Below are positions 24,751 through 34,922 of a stretch of 40,283 nucleotides of DNA, one piece after another. The DNA is from Octopus bimaculoides (lineage: Eukaryota): contig NC_068999.1 in assembly GCF_001194135.2 (NCBI RefSeq), positions 43,029,649 to 43,069,931 of the forward strand. The letters are read 5' to 3'. The notes under the pieces were generated by a model. That model ran no database searches, was not told the DNA's origin, and was given only the letters and a program-made list of their open reading frames with translations. Position 1 is the first letter of the stretch; each line of letters begins with the position of its first letter. The translations under genes and the position numbers were made by a program.

Positions 24751-24954
24751 CCCAGAAAAGTAATATTACCATACTAAAGATTTAGTATGGGGTGCCAGCA
24801 ACTTTCATGATATCTCATTTTGAATGCAATTTTTATCAGCATAACTACAGGTGTACACCAACTAGTTTTGTTTCCTCATAACTTTCTGTAAAATGGATAT
24901 TTGTATATTAAATTTTCTAGCCCACGAAGTAGGACTGAACCCAGGACCAATGCT

Positions 24955-25440
24955 TTGGGTCGAAGTAATCGACTTACTCCTTCTCCCAAAATTTTTGGCA
25001 TTGTACCTTTAGTAGAAAGAATTATTATAGATTTCTCTGAGGCGTCGAGCTAGCAGAACTGTTAGCACGCTGGATGAAATGCTAAGCGAAATTTGACCCG
25101 TCGCTACCTTCCGAGTTCAAATTCCGCAGAGGTCGACAAATTAAGTACCAGTGAAACACTGGAGTCGATGTAATTTTGACCAGTCTCCTCCCACCAAATT
25201 TGAGGCTTTGTGCCTATAGTAGAAAACATTATTAGACGAGGTCGTTAGCTCGATAGGCTAACTGCTTGGCAGCATTTGGTTCGCCTTTATGTTCTAAGTT
25301 CAAATCCTGCTGAGGTCGATGTTGCCTGTCTGTCTATCGGGGTAGATAAATTAGGTACCCGTTGAACACTGGGGTTGATGTAATCGAATATCGACTCACT
25401 AAAATTTGAGTCCTTCTACCCCCAATGGAAAGGATTATTA
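24955..25440 (+). mobile_element. SINE family A head-to-tail array: 3' fragment plus two copies
   Basis: Seen: tails ending GAAAGATTATTAT (about 25025), GAAAACATTATTA (about 25233) and GAAAGGATTATTA (about 25440), the first two followed by a new head. Confidence 0.85.
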
Positions 25441-25545
25441 AAGATTTCTGTTCTTAATTAAATTTGGAATTAGCATGATAAGAAAAAGAAAATATTTCGT
25501 ATAATAAAAATAGATTTGAAAGTAATGGCGGACAAACAGACAGAT

Positions 25546-25591
25546 CGCTAGATAGATAGATAGACACACAGATATAGATAGGGAGCTAAAC

Positions 25592-25628
<37 letters not shown>

Positions 25629-25702
25629 CGTACCTAGATAAACAGGTAGGTACCTAAATAGATAGATAGGTAAATAGATAGATAGATAGATAGATAGATA
25701 GA
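25546..25702. repeat. (GATA)n microsatellite
   Basis: Seen directly. Confidence 0.95.
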
Positions 25703-25918
25703 CAAACCGACTCGGGGTCAGACGAACAGACAGACAATCAACGGCAGCTATATTCCCTTTTATATTGTTTTGCGATTGCATGGGTGCAAATACAAAAGCT
25801 GGTATGCACTGAATTACGTATTAACTTTTGTATTTGCACAAAGTTAAAAACTGATTTTGCATGTTTGCATGTAAGCATACATACATTAATATGTCTTAGT
25901 CGATCACATCCACCTACA

Positions 25919-25951
<33 letters not shown>

Positions 25952-26326
25952 GAGCACGTACATACGTGTATGTTTTAATGTACCTTGTTTTATTTTCCGT
26001 GTTATTCCGTTTAACATATTCACAACTGATAGATAGATAGATAGATAGATGGAGAGATAGATAGATAGATGGAGAGATAGATAGATGGAGAGATAGATAG
26101 ATACGCGCATACATAAATACATACATATTATAAACGCTTGATTGTGGAGGGATACGTGCATGCACGGCCTTCAACGTATGCCTCGGGGAACATGCAGGGA
26201 GAGGCCGAAGACAAAAACAAAACAAAAAAAAAACAAAAACGTGGGGTTGGTGGCTAGGACAACGATGGAAGAAACGATAAAGCGAGAGGGTGTCGAACGT
26301 TCGAACCGACTTAAGAGTTAACGACG

Positions 26327-26366
<40 letters not shown>

Positions 26367-27014
26367 CGGGTTTTAGGATCATAGTATTAGCAAATAGCAC
26401 AGTTGTCCTTTCTTCTAAGCTCCAAGGCGAGTAATGAATGATTCATGCCGCTGACTGCTTTGCAAGTATTTTTCAATGGTCTCTCTAAGTCTCTCCCTCT
26501 CTCTCTCTCTCCCCGCTTTTTCCTTGCCCAAATGCCATGCCGTATTCTAGAGAAGATGCGCTTAACTGCATGCACTCTTTACCTGCAGGCTATATACATC
26601 TTCTCCACAGCGTTATTGTGTCACCAAACTAGATTTTTTTTCGTTGTTGTAGTTGTTGTTTTTGTCAATGATGTATATTAGTAGCTATTGTGTTGTGTCT
26701 TCTAAAGGACGAGAAGTTGGAAGAACAAAAGAGGAGGGGCGAGTTTCAAAAAAACAAACAAAAAAAACTTGGGGAATATGAGGAGGAAAAGGACGAGAAG
26801 AAGGACCGAGAGGATGAAGAGACAATAGTGACCCCCTAACCCTCAATTATACCCCCCACCCCCACTCTAAAAAAACACACACACAGAAACAAACAGAAAC
26901 TAATGAAAACAACAGGAGAGAAACGCAAACAAAAATAAAACAAGAACATAAAAAAATACAAACGAATAAGCATAACAACAATTGCGACGTATGGCCGTAT
27001 GCAAGAGTTAACAT

Positions 27015-27061
<47 letters not shown>

Positions 27062-27237
27062 GGTATGCAGTCATTTACAAACACACATTTACAGGCCAAC
27101 CAAGGAGATTGAGACACAAAGACACACACACACACACACTCACACATCATGAGAACATATATTTACATGCATTATCCCGTTATCAGCCAAGATACATGTG
27201 GTGGAATTTAAACATACATGTAAACTATGATTAAATG

Positions 27238-27285
<48 letters not shown>

Positions 27286-27366
27286 ATTTTTATGTTTGGT
27301 TAAAATAGAAACAGTTTTACATTAATCTGATGGCTTACCCTATAATTTTGGAGAGTACGTATTTTG

Positions 27367-27489
27367 TTATTCTCAAACAAGAATATAAATATTACTGATA
27401 GTGACTTCGAAGTTTCGGCCAGTCCAACGAAGGCCGAACTGGCTGAAACGTGGACGTCCCCGCTCAGTAACATTCTTGCTTGAGAATAA
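27367..27489. repeat. ~123-bp imperfect inverted repeat (fold-back element)
   Basis: Seen: 27367-27384 vs 27472-27489 (17/18), 27392-27398 vs 27464-27470 (7/7), GAC/GTC, 27412-27423 vs 27438-27449 (11/12), with a 14-nt spacer. Confidence 0.9.
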
Positions 27490-27517
27490 TAAACGAACAA
27501 ACATATATGCATAGTTG

Positions 27518-27602
27518 GCCTCGGTAGCGCAGTAGGCAGCGCGTCAGTCTCATAATCAAAAATGAAATCTGAAGGTCGTGAGTTCGATCCTCACCTGGGG
27601 CA
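27518..27602 (+). tRNA. tRNA-Met(CAT): Elongator tRNA-Met (anticodon CAT, 27551-27553) with 12-nt intron at 27555-27566
   Basis: Seen: acceptor GCCTCGG/CTGGGGC plus discriminator A; D-arm GCGC-AGTAGGCA-GCGC; anticodon stem TCAGT/TCTGA; loop CT-CAT-A|A; variable AGGTC; T-arm GTGAG-TTCGATC-CTCAC; A-box TAGCGCAGTAGG and B-box GAGTTCGATCC. The spliced sequence closely matches the metazoan elongator tRNA-Met as I recall it. G1:C72 and T54 exclude the initiator. Confidence 0.95.
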
Positions 27603-27608
27603 TATTTC

Positions 27609-27613
27609 TTTTT
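27609..27613 (+). terminator. RNA polymerase III terminator (T5)
   Basis: Seen: TTTTT starting 7 nt after the discriminator base. Established: Pol III terminates at runs of four or more T. Confidence 0.8.
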
Positions 27614-27617
27614 AACT

Positions 27618-27669
27618 GGCGGCGCCCCAGCAGGGCTGCAACCTCAAGACTGAAACATATAAAAGAATA
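27618..27669 (+). mobile_element. SINE family B, solo 3' tail
   Basis: Seen: GGCGGCGCCCCAGCAGGGCTGCAACCTCAAGACTGAAACATATAAAAGAATA. Confidence 0.75.
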
Positions 27670-27693
27670 TATATATGTACATATATGTATATA

Positions 27694-27758
<65 letters not shown>

Positions 27759-28004
27759 GTGTATATATATGTATATATATAACTTGGTATGATAAGTGCA
27801 ATGCAGGAAGATCTCGGTCCTTAAGTAATTTGTATGATTTACAACCGAAAAATAAATTTGTGGATAAATAGACAGATATAAAGAGAGACAGTCACAGATT
27901 GATGAAAAGTAATATTTTATCCACCGTTATGTGTCTGTCTTCTTGGAAGTGTCCCCTTTTTGTACCTGGAACCATAAAACATACCCATGCACACGCATTC
28001 ATGC

Positions 28005-28045
<41 letters not shown>

Positions 28046-28323
28046 GTGTATGTGTGTGTATACATGTATATATACATTCGTAAACATGAGCGTGTGTGTG
28101 TGAGGGAGAGAGCTGTGTGTACATATGCATTTATGTAGGCATTATGCATGTATGTATATATGTATGTATATACGTATGTATTTATTATATATGCATGTAT
28201 GTATGCATGGCATCTTTACATACAGATGAACAGATTAGTAATCAATTCATTCATATAGTTTGAACACATGCATGCGTATTAAAATATATTTCTCTCACCA
28301 TATGCGTGTGTATGCGCGCGTAT

Positions 28324-28372
<49 letters not shown>

Positions 28373-28944
28373 CATTAGTGTGTGAATGTATTCCTCTAAA
28401 TATTTATACGAGCGAGAACAGAAGCCCGCACGCACCAGTGTGTTTACACCATACACAAATGATAGATGACTACCTCGAAATCTCTCAGTACTATTATGGT
28501 CTATATATATATATATATATATATGTACAATATTTGATGCTGCGCAAATCTATATAAAACAAACGGCAGCGCTGCCTGGCGGGCAATTTATTCGTTATTC
28601 GCTCAGGAAGTCCATCTTGCATGTGCGAGCAGTGTTGTTATGCCTCCAGAATCTACCAAGCTTCGCATCTAATTCCGCCGATACAGCGATATCGTCTGAT
28701 ACACGGGATTACGTAAAGGCTTTCGTGGGATAGGGTCGAGGTGGGGTTGTTTTGGTGGGGGTGGGGGGTTTGTTGTTGTTGTTGAAGTTGTTCGTCGTTT
28801 CTTTGTTTTTGTTGTCATTGTTTGCTTGTTAGTTTTTAAGTCCAGCTTTTTTTTTGCTTTTTTCGGATGAGAGGTTTAGCCGAATCTATGTTGGAGAATC
28901 TTTTGTTAGTGTATCTGATATCATCAATATCATCATCATCCTGT

Positions 28945-28992
28945 TCCAGCATGGCCGCAGTCAAATGACTGAAACAAATAAAAAAAGAATAG
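28945..28992 (+). mobile_element. SINE family B, solo 3' tail
   Basis: Seen: TCCAGCATGGCCGCAGTCAAATGACTGAAACAAATAAAAAAAGAATAG. Confidence 0.85.
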
Positions 28993-29735
28993 AAAATAAA
29001 ATAAAATGCTAATAATATTTAATAATGAAAATACAAGATTTCTAAAACAACGAACGGCTCTAACGGTCCACAAGAGCAAAATAAGAATCAAAATGGTCCA
29101 TAGATAAAAAGTGGTTGAGAAACGCTAGACTAAGCCGTTCAGGGCGGTGTCCCAGAATGGCTGCAATCCAATGAGTGAAGCGAGTTAAAGGTACAAGATA
29201 AACCCATCCTACACTGAAAGACTCGCGCGCACGAGCATAGAGCATTAAAAATATGTTAAAACTGTATTTCAAGAAACAATATTTTATTTCAGTCAAATTA
29301 CGTGAAACTGTTTATACAACAACACCACAACAATAACAACTATAATAACGAACAATAACAACAAGTTGAAGAATGCGAAATGCAGCACCAAGCAACAACA
29401 GATGCATTAAACATCTGTGCAATTTATTGCAGCGATGACATCAAGAGAGAGAGGGAGGCGGGGTGGGTGGGAGAGAAAGGAAGACGAGTGCGAGCGGCGG
29501 TTTGGTCAATCTTGAAATGGTTTGGAAGAAAGCCAAAGCCGACTGTTTGAGACTAAACTGATCATGTAGAGAGGAGGATCTACAACGTGAAGCACGACCA
29601 CGTAGTTTACACTTAACAGATCCATAGTTTCTGTTCGGTAGAATTGTCAAAAGATTCTAATGTTTGTAAAAGCTTATAACATGTAAATACTGTGAATGAC
29701 AAACTGGAATAACAGAATAGGTTTTAGTTTCACCG

Positions 29736-29767
<32 letters not shown>

Positions 29768-30275
29768 CAACAACATTTCGCTTTCACAGCAAGCAAGATT
29801 GTTGTTGCTTCATAGGAATTGATCGTGGACTATGGCTTTACTCGACTGGAAGAGTTCCAGGTAAATTACACATCAGAGGTTGTTGTCGCGAACAAGACCA
29901 CCCTTAAATACCAACATCGACAGCGAAAAAGATAAAAGAAGAGAAAAATGCGAGAGCCGCGATTCAAGGTTACACAGACACAGAGAGACAGAGAGACAGA
30001 GAGACAGACAACGTATAGATACGTTTAGTTAGATAGGATATTTGTGGGCCTCTGTACGTGTGTGTATGTGCATGTGTACGTGTGTATGCATATATATATA
30101 TATATATGTATATGTATGTATGTATATACACATACAAATACATATGTATGGGTACGTGTGCATGTATATATATGTGTGTGTGCGTGTGTGTGCGTGTGTG
30201 TGTGTGTGTCTATCTATCTATATATATAAATAGATATATATATATATACACAAACACACACACATATATATAGAC

Positions 30276-30306
<31 letters not shown>

Positions 30307-30383
30307 TATATATATATACATATATACACACACATATATACATATATATATGTATACATGTATACAAATACATGGATGTGTGC

Positions 30384-30418
<35 letters not shown>

Positions 30419-30445
30419 AACATATACAAACATTCATACATAGAT

Positions 30446-30574
<129 letters not shown>

Positions 30575-31557
30575 TAGAGAATCTTTATTTAAAGATATCT
30601 GGTGATTCAGATCAACATATCAACATTGGCGAAGAAGACAAATAGTTAAAGTTGTATAAAAAGAAAAAAAAAGAAAAAAAAAGTTCGTAGAGAACCGCTG
30701 CTAAGTGTTGGATTCACGCCACGGCTGATGGCCAAGTTAGTTTCAACTTCTTCAACAGATCAACCATAAATGTTGTTTGCAAAATCCGTCACTCTTCTGG
30801 AAATATATATCTTTTTATCAATTCACTTCAGAAGTGAATTTTTGATCTGTAAGTTTTTCAAACAAAAAGTCCCCCAGTCCATAATTGCTTCTTTTTGATG
30901 CGCTTTGAGCATGTGTCATATGAAAAGATGATTTCGCATGCTACTCTGTCTATTTAACTTAATGAGATAGGCGGGTCTCTTACAACCTCTCCTAGATTCC
31001 TTTACATCTAAATTATTTGTTTTAAAATGTATCAAAGATAATTCTGCTGCTCTTCTACTCTGCTGAGTAAGGACGGAATGGATGAATGAGTAAATTACCC
31101 AGGCTTTTCGATCTAAGGGTTCTTCAGCTCTTATTTGATCACAAATAAGTGCTACTATGTGCGTCTTTGAAGAAACGATGTGGAAGTACCCCCCCCCACA
31201 CACACACAGACACACACACACGTATTTGGTGCTAACCAGTCCATTGCTTTGTTGTTGTTTGTGGTGCTTACTTTAAAGTTTATGGTTGCGAAATATGACG
31301 TGACTGTAGTGCCGCATTGCTTAAGTACGATTTCTTGGTACAAGAACCAGACAAAACTATGGACGCATGGCATTTCTACCGAAAGATCTCGTAATGAAAT
31401 ATTGGATAGATATGTCTGAGAAAATAAGTGTTATGTCGATGCGATTGTTCACATTTTAACACAATAAAAAGAAAAAATTATAACTAAACTCCCCTTTCAA
31501 CTACATAAACAGCAAATTAATTAGCGTATCCAGTACGCCATGGTTAAAAGGTAGTAA

Positions 31558-31601
<44 letters not shown>

Positions 31602-32310
31602 TAGTGGTAGTTTGGTAGGAACCACTAGTTAATTAACAAACGGTTAGTCATCATAAAACGCCCTTTGATCATCTTTGATCAACTTCCGCTAAGCCAGTCT
31701 TGTCATTTGAAACCTTTACACAAGGCAAATGACAAAACCGCCATATTTATTTCTTTAATTGCTCAGCTAGCGAAGTCGACACACTCCGTTACACGATGGC
31801 TATCGATTAATTTCATACACTTTTTTTTTTTGGCTCTTTTTTTTTATTATTGGAGAGGATTTGTACGTTTTCTCTCATCGATAACCTTCGCTTCTTTATC
31901 TATTCATCTATAGCAATTCTGTTCTTGCTGTTGGTATACGGCGGGGAGAGATTTTAAAACTTTATTTGTATTTTAATTCCAGTATAGTGCAGTTATCAAT
32001 TTAAATGAGAGAGAGAGAGACCTATGAGAAATATTGTAATCAATATCAATCAGAAAATATCTATATATATATATTTTTTTCATTCTTTTGTTTTTAATTG
32101 GTAGACAGAGAAAGAGTGGGGCGGCAGCGATCATAATTCTTTAAAACCCTTTTCTTTTGAAACAGATAACTCAGCTGAAGGTTATTCGGTTAATGTTCAC
32201 TTTGTATAATACGGTTAGTGCGTAGTGAATGGCGACAGAACGTGGGCGGAGACGTAATTATAGAGAAGAGTTCTGACGAAGGGGAATAACTAGTGTCATA
32301 AAAGGGACAT

Positions 32311-32463
32311 ACTGGTAGCGAAGTCGGACAAAATGCTTAGCGGCGTTTCTTCCGGTGCTTTACGTTCTCGGTTCAAATTCAACTGAAGTCGACTTTGACG
32401 GTCATCCTTTCGGACTATGATTCTCCTCTAAGAATTGCTGGTCTTGTGTCAAATTTAAAGCAG
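32311..32463 (+). mobile_element. SINE family A, diverged copy with internal deletion
   Basis: Seen: CGGACAAAATGCTTAGCGGCG...GGTTCAAATTC...GAAGTCGACTTTGACGGTCATCCTTTCGG. Confidence 0.8.
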
Positions 32464-32465
32464 TT

Positions 32466-33195
32466 ATTTAGCCCTAGGTTAGCTCAGACTGAGCAGATCG
32501 ATAATTAAAAGCATCCTAACCTTGGCTATATGTTTTTTCAGACGTAGCTTACTTCTAACACGAAGTATCTTTTATCATTCAGTAGGATATGATGTGAAGG
32601 AAATTTAGCTGTTGTTTCTAGCTATCAAGCAACCGCGTACAGGATCCCATATGAACCCGTGAGAACAAGACGTTATTGTCATTGTTGTTGTTGTAAGGTC
32701 AGTCTAGATAGAGCCGACCCATGTTAAGACATTCCACTCATAACCATCCCACCTTATTTAGAGATTATCCAGGACAACGTTATTCCAATGTCTTTCCCTT
32801 CTAATGACGGTAAGGTGATAAGTCGGATAAGTTGGCTGCGATTTCTAGTAGATCGAGCAACCACATAAAGACCTCCCACATCATGTGCAGGGAAACTTAG
32901 AACTATATTATCCAGCGTGTCATTTTCTAAGAGAGTGCGGTGTGATTTGAGGGAGTCTTTTGCTGCTATTTCTAGCTATTCGAGCGATAACATAGAAGCT
33001 CCTTCATTGGTTTCTCAAGCGTTTTCTTTTAACCCCGATCAATCAGCCTTATTGCAATCAGCATTGCAAACCGTGACCACCACGTCTCATTTTTCATTTG
33101 TGCGGGAAAAAATTAGGACCATTTTCTAAGAAGGCACAGGGTGATTTGAGGAAAAATTTTGCTGCTGTTTCTACCAGGTCGAGCGCAAACACGTC
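32466..33195 (+). repeat. four diverged tandem copies of repeat family C
   Basis: Seen: shared motif TTT(N)GCTGY(N)NTTTCTA at about 32603, 32831, 32958 and 33157. Confidence 0.7.
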
Positions 33196-33781
33196 ACAGC
33201 TCGTTGGATGGCAGGTCCCCAAGAGACATAATATTCGTTGCCGTTAATATTAATCAATAAGGCCTCTTACGTAAATTTGACTCGAGTAATTCTGCTCATG
33301 GTGGAGATTGAAGTTATCCAGCAGAAATCAATAAAACCTGAGGTCAAATGCTAAAATTCAAATTAACACTGGTCAAATCCGGCCAGAGTCTTGTGAGAGT
33401 GGCGTCTAATTAAAACGGCTGACACACAGCAAGATACTTAAATCCAGAGTGAATTTCTTCATAACAGCTTTTATTTCCTCACCGTCGACTCACATTTTAG
33501 ACATGATGGCTCCTTTCTGATGACTAAATATGATGCAGAATGAAATGATACGATGTGACTTTCTGGATTTTAAATTCGGCGTCTGTTTCTTCGGATTTTC
33601 ATTTTATCGAGAGTTGGTTGAGGGTGTAAGTTTCTAGCAGTCTCCGATATTTATTAGCGATGTTTGTTTAAGAATTTACAGAGGATGAGTAAAAGTTGGT
33701 TTGCGTAGAGCGACATATATATATAGATATGTATGTATTTATGTATGTATGTATATATGTATGTGTGTGCGTGCGCGCGCG

Positions 33782-33852
33782 TACAGTATATGCATTGCTC
33801 TAGGACGGCGAGGTTTTGAAATATAACACCCGCGATAGTCGAGGGATTACTG
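33782..33852 (-). mobile_element. Tigger/pogo-like MITE, single terminal fragment
   Basis: Seen: reverse complement CAGTAATCCCTCGACTATCGCGGGTGTTAT matches the right end of 35434-35752. Confidence 0.75.
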
Positions 33853-33861
33853 CATATACAC

Positions 33862-33915
<54 letters not shown>

Positions 33916-34099
33916 TTGTATAAAGGATCGTGGGTAAGGCCAAAACAATGCGAACTAAATGCAAGGCAAATCACAAGAAAACAAATATATGAATTAATGT
34001 AAACTTACCTTGTATTCAATATTTCGGGGTTATGAACCCATTTTCAAGAAATTACCGAATGTTGCCGATGTGCGTGTGTTTACACAATGCTTCCTAGTA

Positions 34100-34143
<44 letters not shown>

Positions 34144-34680
34144 AAGTGATAGAGAGAGAGGGGGAGGCAAAAACAGACAGGCAGACACGGTCTGTCTTTC
34201 AAGGAACTTATGGATATTTAAAGAAAATAATTCAGCAAAGATCACTGAACAACTCCACTCATGTTTTCTTCTCATAATGTTAAATCTATCAACCACGACC
34301 AAGAAGCAAAACAAAGCAAAACAAAAACAACCCGATATAAAGAATAAAATAAATTAAAACATTTAAAAAAAAAAACAAAGTCATAAACATTGTTGTCATG
34401 ACAACGGTAACATCCCATGAACGTGTCAATCTTATGATTGGTTTAATTAAATGTCTGCGTCTGTTTCTTTTATTTGATTCTAAAAATAAGGATTTCTAAC
34501 AAACGCACAAGTCCCTAATTTTTTTAGTTTGCAGATTAGGATAGAGTGGTTGATTATCTCGTCCCCATATCCGGGAAATAGTGTTTTTGAAACAAGTAGG
34601 TTCATATACCCCAAGGTATTTTCTCCAATGCTCTAACAACGGATTTTGCCAATTTGCCTTATTCTTATAATGCTAGGATA

Positions 34681-34922
34681 AGGCGGTGAGTTGCCAGAAT
34701 CGTTTATAAGCCGGACAAAATGTTTTGCGGCATTTCTTCCGGATTTACATTTCGAGGGAAGGAGTAAGTCGATTACATTGACTTCAATGCTCAACTGGTG
34801 TTTATTTTATAGACTCCAAAAGGAAGAAAGGTGATGGCGACCTCGGCGAAATTTGAACTCAGAACGTAAGGACGGACGAAATACTGCTAAGCATTTTGAC
34901 CGGCGTCTAATGACTTTGCCTT
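34681..34922. mobile_element. SINE family A head (+, 34681-34756) fused to an inverted family A copy (-, 34757-34922)
   Basis: Seen: + head AGGCGGTGAGTTGCCAGAATCG...CCGGACAAAATG, then AAGTCGATTACATTGAC...GACCTCGGCGAAATTTGAACTCAGAACG...GCATTTTGACCGG. Confidence 0.85.

Noticed and set aside
27518-27602. Alternative readings as initiator tRNA-Met or a SINE head
   Set aside because: G1:C72 and T54 fit the elongator. The complete acceptor stem followed by T5 is unlike the SINE heads in this window.
28565-28590. 12-bp palindrome GGCAGCGCTGCC next to an E2F-like TGGCGGGCAA
   Set aside because: Short and isolated, so chance cannot be excluded.
30759-30848. 90-nt AG...GTAAGT exon-like interval
   Set aside because: Stops in all frames.
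32273-32290. CTGACGAAGGGG hammerhead-core-like start
   Set aside because: No stem II closure or GAAAC follows; too incomplete.
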